Shown: piece by piece, positions 1-9,706 of the stretch
Layout of the letters: every line of letters starts with the position of its first letter
How positions within the stretch are numbered: the first letter of the stretch is position 1
Virus record (IMG/VR): IMGVR_UViG_3300036781_000179
Span: 9,285 to 73,284 of that record
Length of the DNA: 64,000 nucleotides
Origin: a virus
Reading direction: 5' to 3' (one strand)
Notes under the pieces: model-generated
What the model saw: only the letters and a program-made list of their open reading frames with translations
Told to the model about the DNA's origin: nothing
Databases searched by the model: none
Program-made: the position numbers and the translations under genes

Positions 1-689
1 TTTTAATACCATTTAGTAATACATTACTACCTTTTGGTTGGTTATTACTGTTTTATTGCTGTTTTTACAGGGTGGATTATCCCTCCCTTGAACTCATTGT
101 AACAAATTGACACAATAGTAACCAATTGTTTTATAGCAAGTTATAGGATTTAAACTGTTTACCATTTATACCCTGTTTAAACCGTTGTAAGGGTGTAACA
201 CAATAACCATGGTTAACACAGTAACAGGTGTAATAGGGGTTTACAATCCTGTTAACAGGGTTTATCAGGAGTAACGGTGATCAGGGTTTAAAACCGTTTA
301 TCAGGGGTGGGGTAGTGTGTAGCCCCGGGTATTCCGGCTTTTAGGTGGTGGAACGTGATAACGGGGGGATAGTCACCACTGTATACCCATATACAGCTTT
401 TTAAAAATAAACCATAAAAAAAATTGGAAAAATTTTTGAAAAATAGTTTTGCAGTGTTTTTACAAGTAATAAAGTTTTATCATTAAAATCATGTTATATA
501 TTAATACGTGAAAATGATGACTTGTTAAAAGTGTTATAACTTACTGTATTACTGTTAATTACAAAAGTTTAACTGGTATCAATCAGTTGATAAAAAAGCA
601 ATAACTACTTTATAGGTAAAGTGTCAATTAACTATTGCAATAAAATGAAATAAAAAGTGTCAATGTATTGATAGTTTAACAAATAGTAG

Positions 690-697
690 TATCTTTG
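690..697 (+). promoter_or_regulatory. Bacteroidota-type -7 promoter element (TATCTTTG)
   Basis: Matches TAnnTTTG; ends 4 nt before ATG 702. Confidence 0.6.
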
Positions 698-701
698 ATA
701 T

Positions 702-1193
702 ATGGTTATGAAACGAAAGAAGCCCGACTTTGTAAATGAGAAAATGGGTATCAATCCTTTTGAGAGTGGATTACAGATATATGTCAATAAGAAGTTTAAA
801 AAGGTAACTAATAAATATGATCAACCGGATCAGCAGGAGTTTGATTATGAAGCTACGCCCTATACAAAAGTTTTCGATGTACCGGATGATAAGAAGAATA
901 TAATAGACTTACCAATTAGGTGTAAGGAGTTGTACCTGTACTTCATTCACTCATTAACTCCTGCACAGGATTACTTGTGGATTGATAAGGGTGTTTATAT
1001 GAAACAAATGAAAATAAAAGCTTTAAACACATATAAACAGGCGGTTAATGGTTTGTGTGAGGCTGGTTATATTGCAAAGCATACAAGGCTGGCAAATGTA
1101 TTTTGGATTAATCCTTATTACTTTTTCAAGGGTAGTAGGATTAACAAGTATCCGACTAAAGTTTATGTAAAATCAAAAAAGGAGATAGTATAA
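702..1193 (+). CDS. RepL-like winged-helix DNA-binding/replication protein
   Basis: C-terminal 'YKQAVNGLCEAGYIAK...FWINPYYFFKG' resembles the RepL-family wHTH with INP motif. Confidence 0.55.
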   Translation: MVMKRKKPDFVNEKMGINPFESGLQIYVNKKFKKVTNKYDQPDQQEFDYEATPYTKVFDVPDDKKNIIDLPIRCKELYLYFIHSLTPAQDYLWIDKGVYMKQMKIKALNTYKQAVNGLCEAGYIAKHTRLANVFWINPYYFFKGSRINKYPTKVYVKSKKEIV

Positions 1194-1444
1194 TGGCATT
1201 AAAAATTCAAATATATCAAAACACGCCAATCAAAGATGGGTTTAGTTTAAATATTGTAGCCTCTGTTGATTTTATAGAGGAACTATGTATATTAAAAACA
1301 ATTATTGAGAATCAATGCCAATCCCACTGTATGGGAGTTACAATAGAATCGCTTGGCCCTATTAAAGTAAAGAAGTTATATAGTTTCAATTTTAAATCAG
1401 TGTACGGGGGGAGTGCAGAGTTAACTTCACAAATTATAAAGTAA
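1193..1444 (+). CDS. hypothetical protein
   Basis: ORF coupled to the previous stop (TAATG). Confidence 0.5.
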   Translation: MALKIQIYQNTPIKDGFSLNIVASVDFIEELCILKTIIENQCQSHCMGVTIESLGPIKVKKLYSFNFKSVYGGSAELTSQIIK

Positions 1445-1489
1445 AAACCTCATTTAAATAGTAAATAACCAATTAACAAACGAATTGAT

Positions 1490-1681
1490 ATGACAGCAAC
1501 AAGTTACTACACGATCATTAAGAACTGTTTAAGCGGTGATTACGCTGACTCAGAGGACATGGATAAGGAAACGATACGGGACTTTCTGTTAAGCCAGTTA
1601 CAAATTGATTTAAGCATTGGGGAATTGTTTATGCAGGAGGTAGTGGATTTAAGGAGGGATATAATAACAATGTTAACATGA
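1490..1681 (+). CDS. hypothetical protein
   Basis: ORF in tightly packed run. Confidence 0.5.
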   Translation: MTATSYYTIIKNCLSGDYADSEDMDKETIRDFLLSQLQIDLSIGELFMQEVVDLRRDIITMLT

Positions 1682-2037
1682 GTATACAAATAGAAATACC
1701 AATTGTATTTGGTAGTAAATCAAAAGACCGGATAATAAAAGCATCATTTAGTAAACTAACACTTGATGAAAAGTTTTTAATTGGCAGAACTGTTTACAGG
1801 TATGAAACCCCAATTGATAAGGATGATGAAAAGAAGGGCTATAAAGAAGAATTAATAAATGAGAAGTCTTACACTGCAAAAGATAAAATTGTGCAAATAG
1901 GTGTGGCTTATGATGGCGAGGAAGATGTTTACTTTGTAGCAGTGGAAAAGATTAATAAAACCATGTTCTTCAATGTAGAATCAGCAGAAAAGGGTAACGA
2001 GTTGTTAAACCAATTAATAGAGTGGTGGAAATCATGA
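1678..2037 (+). CDS. hypothetical protein
   Basis: ATGA overlap, 119 aa. Confidence 0.6.
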   Translation: MSIQIEIPIVFGSKSKDRIIKASFSKLTLDEKFLIGRTVYRYETPIDKDDEKKGYKEELINEKSYTAKDKIVQIGVAYDGEEDVYFVAVEKINKTMFFNVESAEKGNELLNQLIEWWKS

Positions 2038-2237
2038 CCGACAATCAATACTTATGGATGGGAATCACAGTTGATGGTATCTGTTTTCTAACAGCTATAT
2101 ACTTGGTAACAGTGGGTAACTGGAAGGAAAGAATGAAGGAAATAAAACGTAAACCCAAGACTGTTAAAAACAACTTTTGGACAATTACCAAACAAGAAAT
2201 TATTGACGAATTTAAATTTGATAAAAATGGATACTAA
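2022..2237 (+). CDS. small membrane protein (start probably ATG 2034)
   Basis: One hydrophobic segment followed by a basic tail. Confidence 0.5.
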   Translation: MVEIMTDNQYLWMGITVDGICFLTAIYLVTVGNWKERMKEIKRKPKTVKNNFWTITKQEIIDEFKFDKNGY

Positions 2238-2430
2238 AATGTGGCAACTATGCCCTAAATGCAACGGGAGTGGGACAGTAATTGATAATTATTATGGTAA
2301 TTTTCAAAGTGGAGTATGTGATTTATGTTGTGGCTCAAAACTTATTAGTTTATTAACTGGACTGCCTCCATATAAAGTTACAACACAAACATCTGACACA
2401 ACTAATTTAATAGTAACGATTAACAAATGA
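2203..2430 (+). CDS. DnaJ-type zinc-finger protein
   Basis: CPKCNGSG and CDLCCGS motifs. Confidence 0.6.
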   Translation: MTNLNLIKMDTKMWQLCPKCNGSGTVIDNYYGNFQSGVCDLCCGSKLISLLTGLPPYKVTTQTSDTTNLIVTINK

Positions 2431-2615
2431 AAACAGAACCAACCTACGAACTAAACGTTGAAAAGCTACAATCACTAAGTATAGCTGATTTAACAGGACT
2501 GATGCAATTAATGACGAGTGGAGAACATTATTTACCAATACTAAAAGCCACTATTATATTGGAAGCCACATCAACAGAACTGGACAAACGTATTAATGAT
2601 ATTATCATTTTTTAA
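2427..2615 (+). CDS. hypothetical protein, likely paralog of 9463..9654
   Basis: Shared LS..DL..L...ELDKRI pattern. Confidence 0.55.
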   Translation: MKTEPTYELNVEKLQSLSIADLTGLMQLMTSGEHYLPILKATIILEATSTELDKRINDIIIF

Positions 2616-2617
2616 TT

Positions 2618-2812
2618 ATGGATGAGAGAAAGTATATGGACAAAATAATGCTTCTTGAAGAAGAAGTTGAGAAGTATAAATCTGATTGTGAAGATTTGAA
2701 GTATCACTTCTTAGCATTATTACAGGATTACGCCATAGTAATATCACAAGAAGGGTACGCAAATAAAAATGATATAACAGAATTGTGGATGAATAAAATA
2801 AAATATCTTTAA
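2618..2812 (+). CDS. hypothetical protein
   Basis: ORF in packed run. Confidence 0.5.
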   Translation: MDERKYMDKIMLLEEEVEKYKSDCEDLKYHFLALLQDYAIVISQEGYANKNDITELWMNKIKYL

Positions 2813-2814
2813 TT

Positions 2815-3096
2815 ATGGAATGGAATACAAACATAAAAGATATGTATGAGGTTGCCAATACCGAAAGATTGGTTGTTAGTTTTAATAATGGAACATGGTT
2901 GCCACATAATTCACCGGGATGGCCAAGTTATTTAGTTACAGGATGGATTTTATTACCAGAATTACCACATCAACCAAAATTAGTATGGCAACGTTCAACC
3001 AAGGCTATGCCTGATATATGGATTACATCAACTGATGAAGATTACGAAAAGGGTAAAAATCTACCAAAATTTAATTGGAGACGAAAGGAAATATAA
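2815..3096 (+). CDS. hypothetical protein (DUF551-like)
   Basis: N-terminal W and 'VTGWILLPELP' motif. Confidence 0.45.
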   Translation: MEWNTNIKDMYEVANTERLVVSFNNGTWLPHNSPGWPSYLVTGWILLPELPHQPKLVWQRSTKAMPDIWITSTDEDYEKGKNLPKFNWRRKEI

Positions 3097-3158
3097 TGAC
3101 AGAGCAGGAATTTAGATAGCACCGTTTCTTATGTGGCTACTAATAAAAAAGTATAATA

Positions 3159-3593
3159 ATGGCACACGAACAGAAATTTGTAATTGAGAAAACAGACACA
3201 GGAATCAAAGGTTCTAAAGCCATTAGGAACGCCATAGACGAACTTTCTAATGGTAGGTGGGTAGTAACTATAGCCAAGTATAAAAAGAAGCGTAGTAACA
3301 ACCAAAACAGGTTTTATTTCGGGAACTTCATTGCATCCCAGATAGAGTGTTTCCAAGAAAGATGGGGTGAAACGTACAGGCAAGAACAGGTACACGATTG
3401 GAACAAGGCTAACTTTTGGGCAGACAGTCACATCAATGAAGATACAGGTGAGGTAATTATGAAACCTGCGTCATCCACTGACAACAACACGATTGAGTGG
3501 GAAGAAAAGTTAGAAAAGATAAGACAGTGGTTCAGACAAAACATGGATTGGGAACTTCCTTTTCCCCTGCAACAAACGGAAATAGATTTATAA
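3159..3593 (+). CDS. NinB/Orf-like recombination accessory protein
   Basis: 'KKRSNNQNRFYFG' and 'SST' motifs, C-terminal LPFP. Confidence 0.6.
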   Translation: MAHEQKFVIEKTDTGIKGSKAIRNAIDELSNGRWVVTIAKYKKKRSNNQNRFYFGNFIASQIECFQERWGETYRQEQVHDWNKANFWADSHINEDTGEVIMKPASSTDNNTIEWEEKLEKIRQWFRQNMDWELPFPLQQTEIDL

Positions 3594-3609
3594 ACATAAA
3601 AAACTAATA

Positions 3610-3798
3610 ATGGAAACACTATCAGACACTGATTTAAAACGTGAGGCACGAAACAAGGCTTTACAGACAGCAGAACACATGCAGCCACTGAATAACATGT
3701 CTTACAACGGTAGAGGGCTACAAGACCCTAAAAGGGACATTTCACAACTGTTAAAAGATGCGGAAACAATTTATAATTGGTTAATTAAAGACCTGTAA
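3610..3798 (+). CDS. hypothetical protein, likely paralog of 10713..10979
   Basis: Shared QLL..(A/S)ETIY motif. Confidence 0.55.
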   Translation: METLSDTDLKREARNKALQTAEHMQPLNNMSYNGRGLQDPKRDISQLLKDAETIYNWLIKDL

Positions 3799-3885
3799 CC
3801 CCTACGAAACGGAATTCCTGACTACGGTTGGGGATTTATTTTGAAAAAAAGTAAAATAATAACTTGTAAATAAAAATTAACATCG

Positions 3886-3893
3886 TATATTTG
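3886..3893 (+). promoter_or_regulatory. Bacteroidota-type -7 element (TATATTTG)
   Basis: Consensus match, TTG upstream, 4 nt before ATG 3898. Confidence 0.65.
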
Positions 3894-3897
3894 GATT

Positions 3898-4083
3898 ATG
3901 GAATCAAAACTAAAAGAAAGAATTTCAAATTGTAAAGTAAAAAAGAAGTTTATATCAGAAGTAATAGGAGTAAACCAATCTGTATTTAGTATGTGTATCA
4001 AAGGCGACCGCCATTTATCTCCTGAACAAGAAACTAAGTTAAAGAACTTTTTAGACAAGACAGAATCATTACAATTGGTTTAG
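3898..4083 (+). CDS. Cro-like helix-turn-helix regulator
   Basis: 61 aa, 'KKFISEVIGVNQSVFSMCIKGDR' XRE-type HTH. Confidence 0.7.
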   Translation: MESKLKERISNCKVKKKFISEVIGVNQSVFSMCIKGDRHLSPEQETKLKNFLDKTESLQLV

Positions 4084-4124
4084 TAGGGTGTTTTTTAGGC
4101 TTTATACAGTAAATAAAATTTAAC

Positions 4125-4547
4125 ATGAGCACATATTCAGATAAATTAAAAGACCCTCGCTGGCAGAAAAAAAGACTTGAAATATTGAGCAGAGATAATT
4201 GGAAGTGCCATTACTGTGATGATACTAAAACAACACTTAATGTTCACCATGAAAAATATTTTAAAAATCCTTGGGAGATTAACTCGGAGTTTTTAAAAAC
4301 AGTATGCGAAGTATGTCATGAGGTTATTGAGGAAGAAAAAAAACTAAAGAAAACTGTTCTGCATATTGAACGAAGAGTCTCTCAACAGAATCAAGAGTTG
4401 TTAATTTCTGTTTTTTCAAAGAAAATTGATAGCGATGAAAAATTCGTAACTCTGTATTCTAAAGATAAAAGTAAAAAGGTCGTTTATGAAGTGGCAATAA
4501 CAATGCAGACAATCCAAAGATTTAATTCAATATTAAGCTCTTTATAA
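4125..4547 (+). CDS. HNH endonuclease domain protein
   Basis: 'DPRWQKKRLEILSRDNWKCHYC...LNVHH...CEVCH'. Confidence 0.8.
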   Translation: MSTYSDKLKDPRWQKKRLEILSRDNWKCHYCDDTKTTLNVHHEKYFKNPWEINSEFLKTVCEVCHEVIEEEKKLKKTVLHIERRVSQQNQELLISVFSKKIDSDEKFVTLYSKDKSKKVVYEVAITMQTIQRFNSILSSL

Positions 4548-4549
4548 TT

Positions 4550-5206
4550 ATGGCAAAAGAAGCTTATTATTTTAGCCATGACCTTGGTGCACGTAATGAC
4601 CCTAAGTTACAAAAAGTATTAATGAAATTGGGGCAAGCTGGAAAAGGTGTTTATTGGGATTTAGTTGAAATGCTTTTTGAAGAAGGGGGTAAACTTCTTT
4701 TATCGGAAGTTGAAAGTTATGCGTTCGCATTACGGTCGGATAACGACTGCATTACGAAACTAATAAATGACTTTGATTTGTTTGTAAAAGATGAGGTTTT
4801 CTTTTGGTCAAATAGTGTAAATCGCAGGATTTCAGAGCGTGAAGAAAAGTCTGAAAAGGCTCGTTCAAGCGCAAATGAAAGGTGGAAGATTGCGAACGCA
4901 TTAAAAAATGATGCGAACGTATTGCGAGATGAAAGCGATGGCAATGCTATAAAGGAAAAGAAAGTAAAAGAAAAAAAAGTAAAGGAAAAGTTTATTGCGC
5001 CATCCATTGGAGAAGTTTCATTATACTTTACAGAAAATGGATACGATAGGATGGCAGGAGAAAAAGCTTTTAAGTATTATGATGTGGCAGGATGGAAAGA
5101 CAGTAATGGTAAGTCAGTCATTAATTGGAAACAAAAAATGCAAAGCGTTTGGTTTAAAGACGAAAATAAAATTAGACAAAGGGAAGCAAGGGGTTTAGTA
5201 CACTAA
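4550..5206 (+). CDS. phage replication initiator (DUF4373/Lin1244-like)
   Basis: 'YYFSHDLGARNDPKL...GVYWDLVEML' N-terminus; C-terminal 'YYDVAGW...INWKQK'. Confidence 0.7.
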   Translation: MAKEAYYFSHDLGARNDPKLQKVLMKLGQAGKGVYWDLVEMLFEEGGKLLLSEVESYAFALRSDNDCITKLINDFDLFVKDEVFFWSNSVNRRISEREEKSEKARSSANERWKIANALKNDANVLRDESDGNAIKEKKVKEKKVKEKFIAPSIGEVSLYFTENGYDRMAGEKAFKYYDVAGWKDSNGKSVINWKQKMQSVWFKDENKIRQREARGLVH

Positions 5207-5210
5207 CAAA

Positions 5211-7025
5211 ATGGACAAAACGATACGAGAACAATTTTCACAATTAGGAATAGAAACCAAAAGGAATCATGGCGGAGATAAAGTTCTTTGCCCAAAATGT
5301 AGCCACACACGTAAAAATAAAAAAGACCCATGCCTTAGTATCGACTTAAACACAGGAGAGTATAACTGCCATAATAATTGCGGATTTAAGGGCAAAGTAA
5401 AAGTTTCTGAAAACTATGTGCCAAAGCCAAAGGATTATATCAAGCCAATTTTCAATAACAAAACAGAATTGTGTGATGGAATGGTAAAGTTCTTTCAGGG
5501 GCGTGGTATAGGCCAAAAAACAATTAAGGAATTTAGAATAAGCGAATCTAAAAAGTACATGCCACAGTTGGAATCAGAAGTAACGGTTATCAACTTCAAC
5601 TATTTCCGGGATGAGGATTTAGTAAACGTTAAGTATCGTCCTGCTAAGAAAGCCTTTATGATGGTAAAGGATGCCGAACTTATATTTTTTGGGCTTAACA
5701 ATATCAAAAATGAAGATTGGTGTATCATTACGGAGGGTGAGATTGATTGCATGTCTTTTTACGAGGCCGGAGTTAAAAATGTAGTGAGCGTACCTAATGG
5801 TGCATCTAAAGGTAACTCAAACTTAGAATATCTTGATAACTGCATTGAATACTTTGAGAAAAAGAAGAAAATTATACTTGCCACAGACAACGATGAGTCC
5901 GGAATGGCACTTAGAGAAGAACTTGCAAGAAGATTAGGATACGATATATGCTTTAAAATCGATTTTAATGACTGTAAAGACGCTAATGAGTATTTAGTGG
6001 CACATGGTATCGATAAATTAAAAGAATTGATTACAGAGCCTAATTTAATTGAATTTCCAATGGCCGGAATCATAACAGCCGATATGGTTTGGGATGATGT
6101 AAAGTGGTTGTTAGAAAATGGACTTGAAAGAGGTGATGTGACGGAGGTTTTGAAAGAGTTTGATGAGTTGGTTTCGTTTGTTCCCGGACAATTAATGGCA
6201 CTAACTGGAATACCAAATCATGGCAAGTCTCCTTTCGCTTTGTTAATTATGGTTTGCCTATCTTTAAAGCACAGGTGGAAGTGGGGTATTTACTCGCCTG
6301 AACATAAGCCATTGGCAATATTTTTAGTTAAGATATGCGAGTTATTGCTTGGTAAAAGATCAAGAAAAGGAGTTGGTTTTAGTTCTAATGAGATGGATTT
6401 ATCAAGATCGTTCATTAACGATCACTTTTTCTTTATAGAGCCTGATGATGATGACTATACACTCGATAATATTTTGTTAAAGGGGAAACAATTGGTCACA
6501 CGTAAAGGGATAAGAGGCTTGCTAATTGACCCTTGGAACAAATTGGAGCACAATATGACTAAAGGCGATAATGAAACCATGTATATTTCAAAAGAACTGG
6601 ATAAGGTTATTAAGTTCAATCAAAGAAATTCGGTATTTTCGATAATAATTGCTCATCCTACCAAAATCAGGAAAAATTTAAAAACAGGATTGTATGAAGT
6701 GCCAAACCTTTATGACATTGCAGGTTCTGCCAATTGGTTTAATAAAGTTGATATAGGAGTATGTTTTTACCGGAACTATGATACTGAATTGAGTGAAATA
6801 CATGTACAAAAGATAAAATATGACCACTTAGGTAAGCAAGGTATGGTTGAAGTTAAGTACAATATGAATAGCAGTAGATTTAATGATTTATATGGCGACT
6901 ACGATAACTCAAATTGGCTACTACCAAAAGAACCGCAATCGGCAATTAATTATAGTGAGCCACTAAAGTTACAGCCTAATTACAATTTTGATAAAAATGA
7001 AAAAACAGAGCCATACCCATTTTAA
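5211..7025 (+). CDS. primase-helicase (T7 gp4/Twinkle-like)
   Basis: Zn-finger CPKC/CHNNC, TOPRIM 'ITEGEIDCMS' and 'ATDND', Walker A GIPNHGKS, 'LIDPWN', 'IIAHPTK'. Confidence 0.92.
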   Translation: MDKTIREQFSQLGIETKRNHGGDKVLCPKCSHTRKNKKDPCLSIDLNTGEYNCHNNCGFKGKVKVSENYVPKPKDYIKPIFNNKTELCDGMVKFFQGRGIGQKTIKEFRISESKKYMPQLESEVTVINFNYFRDEDLVNVKYRPAKKAFMMVKDAELIFFGLNNIKNEDWCIITEGEIDCMSFYEAGVKNVVSVPNGASKGNSNLEYLDNCIEYFEKKKKIILATDNDESGMALREELARRLGYDICFKIDFNDCKDANEYLVAHGIDKLKELITEPNLIEFPMAGIITADMVWDDVKWLLENGLERGDVTEVLKEFDELVSFVPGQLMALTGIPNHGKSPFALLIMVCLSLKHRWKWGIYSPEHKPLAIFLVKICELLLGKRSRKGVGFSSNEMDLSRSFINDHFFFIEPDDDDYTLDNILLKGKQLVTRKGIRGLLIDPWNKLEHNMTKGDNETMYISKELDKVIKFNQRNSVFSIIIAHPTKIRKNLKTGLYEVPNLYDIAGSANWFNKVDIGVCFYRNYDTELSEIHVQKIKYDHLGKQGMVEVKYNMNSSRFNDLYGDYDNSNWLLPKEPQSAINYSEPLKLQPNYNFDKNEKTEPYPF

Positions 7026-7130
7026 CAAAAAATTTATAGAAAGTTACCTCGCAGAGCGAAACAAAATTTTATTAAGACTATACCCCAATGATAAAACACT
7101 AACAGATTATTTAAATAAACAGAAAACAAA

Positions 7131-7319
7131 ATGAATATGAAAAAAAATGACAGAAATTGGATTGCAGTTTTCGAAACCTTACCTGAATTTGAGGATTACT
7201 ACGAAGTTAAATTTAAAGACGGGACAACAGATGAAAAACCATTTCGCATAAGGCCATCAAAAAATATAAAAGGATTTATGACAGAAACTGAAGTAACACA
7301 TTGGAGAGAATTAGCATGA
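7131..7319 (+). CDS. DUF551-like small protein
   Basis: 'WIAVFETLPE...VTHW'. Confidence 0.55.
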   Translation: MNMKKNDRNWIAVFETLPEFEDYYEVKFKDGTTDEKPFRIRPSKNIKGFMTETEVTHWRELA

Positions 7320-7573
7320 CCCATAAACTACTATCCTTAAAGCCCAATGTCTATTACGACATAAGCCAACATCACGAACGTGAAAGCATTGTTAGTGCTA
7401 TCAAGTATTTACAATCACAGAATGAGCCTTTCAGGTTTAACGATGATGAAACTAAATTCCAACGATTATCAACTGACCCTTTTGATTTAAAGGATGAACA
7501 GGGATATAGTGTGATTAAGAGAGGACGACATGAAGAATTGATGTACAATAATAAGTTAATTGCAATAAGATAA
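7301..7573 (+). CDS. hypothetical protein
   Basis: ORF in packed run. Confidence 0.5.
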   Translation: MERISMTHKLLSLKPNVYYDISQHHERESIVSAIKYLQSQNEPFRFNDDETKFQRLSTDPFDLKDEQGYSVIKRGRHEELMYNNKLIAIR

Positions 7574-7845
7574 TGGCAGAAGAATTACCAGATGGCACAA
7601 GGCAAGGATATTTTGCTTCGTGCCCAAAATGTAGAAAAACAATTGAGACTAATATTCAAGGGAATATATTAAGCGATCACAACTGCTACAAAAATGTAAA
7701 GCTTGAAAGTGGTGGAGGGATAGTTGGCATTGTTGATTACGAAAATAAAGATATTTCATTTTCAAACTATAACATAAAAACACAAATATCAGAACTATCC
7801 TTTAACGATATAAAAAACATATATGAAAGTATTTTCGGCATTTGA
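7573..7845 (+). CDS. hypothetical protein with possible Zn-binding motif
   Basis: CPKC and HNC. Confidence 0.5.
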   Translation: MAEELPDGTRQGYFASCPKCRKTIETNIQGNILSDHNCYKNVKLESGGGIVGIVDYENKDISFSNYNIKTQISELSFNDIKNIYESIFGI

Positions 7846-8683
7846 TGGCATGAGTTGTCTACAGTTAGCGCTAAATAGAATTGGCATATCACCAAAAGCC
7901 TATTACGCTTCTGAAATTAAACCACATGCCATAAGATTGACCCAACACAATTTTACAAACACCATTCAAGTAGGTGATATTACAAAAGTTAAAGGAGACG
8001 ACATAGGACACATTGACCTTTTTGCGGGAGGTTCTCCTTGTCAAGACCTATCAAGGGCAAATAAAGAAAGGCTCGGCTTAGATGGCTTAAAAAGCGGTCT
8101 ATTCTTTCATTATTTACGGCTATACCATGAACTAAAACAAATAAACCCAAACATTAAGTTTTTACTTGAAAATGTAATAATGAGTGATGCTGATTATTGG
8201 ATTATTTCTAAATATATGAACGTATTGCCAATTAATATTGATAGTCGTTTGGTATCAGCACAACAACGAGATAGACTTTACTGGACTAATATTGGATTAA
8301 CAGAAAGTGGGCTGTTTGGAGATTTAACCTCATCAATACCACAGCCACAAAATAAAAAAATCAGACTTTCTGATATATTAGAGAGTGGATACACCGATAG
8401 GGTCAAGTCAACTTGTGTAATGGAAGGATGGTCAAGGCCAAATAGCCTTAAAAGCCCTGAAAGGATGTTTAAAAGGCACCAAAAAGGGTTCACTACTTAT
8501 ATCTTTGAAGATAAGTCATTAGATTGGCGCAAAGGCATTAGGTATATGAGCCAAACAGAAATGGAAAGATTACAAACGGTTCCAGATGGGTACACTTCAA
8601 TATTGACTAGGAATCAAGCAGCTTGTTTACTTGGCGATGGTTGGACTATAGACGTAATATCACATATTTTATCTTATTTATGA
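7823..8683 (+). CDS. DNA cytosine-C5 methyltransferase
   Basis: Motif I FDGMS, catalytic GGSPCQ, ENV, QQRDRLYW, LGDGW. Confidence 0.9.
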   Translation: MKVFSAFDGMSCLQLALNRIGISPKAYYASEIKPHAIRLTQHNFTNTIQVGDITKVKGDDIGHIDLFAGGSPCQDLSRANKERLGLDGLKSGLFFHYLRLYHELKQINPNIKFLLENVIMSDADYWIISKYMNVLPINIDSRLVSAQQRDRLYWTNIGLTESGLFGDLTSSIPQPQNKKIRLSDILESGYTDRVKSTCVMEGWSRPNSLKSPERMFKRHQKGFTTYIFEDKSLDWRKGIRYMSQTEMERLQTVPDGYTSILTRNQAACLLGDGWTIDVISHILSYL

Positions 8684-8738
8684 ATAACCCCCAATACCAC
8701 TTACTCCCCGGATACATTAAATATAGAAAGGAAACATC

Positions 8739-8996
8739 ATGGAGATAACAGCTAAAAAGATTAAAGCACTATTTGAAGCCATGGAAGATATTGGTGCTAA
8801 AGAAGTATATTTTGGTAAAAATTCACATTCGGATTTAAAAAAAGATATTGATGAATGGTTTTATAAACGGTCACATCACAATAATTTTTATGTTTGGGGT
8901 GAAAGTGGAAGATATGGACATTGGTCTTATGTGACTAATGGAAGTGAGGATAGAAATGACAATTTATTAAAAATAACATTTTTAGAATACATATAA
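8739..8996 (+). CDS. hypothetical protein
   Basis: 85 aa ORF. Confidence 0.5.
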   Translation: MEITAKKIKALFEAMEDIGAKEVYFGKNSHSDLKKDIDEWFYKRSHHNNFYVWGESGRYGHWSYVTNGSEDRNDNLLKITFLEYI

Positions 8997-9115
8997 CAAG
9001 TTTAAACACGTCTATGGCTTTAATATAGCCACCACAGTGTATTTAAATTGTAAAATGGATATATGTATCAACAGAAGTAGCAAACAGGCTGTAATGGTCT
9101 TAAAACAAGTTAAAA

Positions 9116-9316
9116 ATGAAAACAGAAAAAAATACATTTAACAGATTCAGTATTAACAACCGTTGGAAACAACGTAAGATACAGAGAAGCGATAATTGGT
9201 TGGTATTTGGTATTCAAACTTGGTGGGCATCCCCTTATGATTATTGTTATAAAATTGGATTTTTTGGTATAGATTTTCAGTTTTGGTTCAAACGATCATA
9301 TATTTTACCAAGTTAA
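9116..9316 (+). CDS. hypothetical aromatic-rich protein
   Basis: 66 aa ORF with A-rich initiation context. Confidence 0.5.
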   Translation: MKTEKNTFNRFSINNRWKQRKIQRSDNWLVFGIQTWWASPYDYCYKIGFFGIDFQFWFKRSYILPS

Positions 9317-9462
9317 CGCCAACGGTTGAGTTACTTGAAATTTTAAAATTAACCCCGGGCCTAAGAATTTATGATTTATACTTAAACCAGAAATCTATTA
9401 AATTTCAAATGATTGATTATCAGATAATTAAACAAGGGCCTAAGAATTAAAAAAAACAAAAT

Positions 9463-9654
9463 ATGAGCATACAAAAAAATTGGAGTATAAATCAAGAAAA
9501 TATGTCAAAACTATCAAATAGTGATTTATATGCGCTGTTAAAAATGTGCGCTATCTATCCAACATTTCCTATTTTAGATAATGAAATAAAAAGTGAATTA
9601 GATAAAAGAATTTCTGAATTAATAGTCATTGACGATGTTTCAACCAACACCTGA
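9463..9654 (+). CDS. hypothetical protein, likely paralog of 2427..2615
   Basis: ELDKRI motif. Confidence 0.55.
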   Translation: MSIQKNWSINQENMSKLSNSDLYALLKMCAIYPTFPILDNEIKSELDKRISELIVIDDVSTNT

Positions 9655-9706
9655 ATTTTTACAAAACTTCATCAGCAACAGAAAATGTATAATGATTTTT
9701 TTTATT

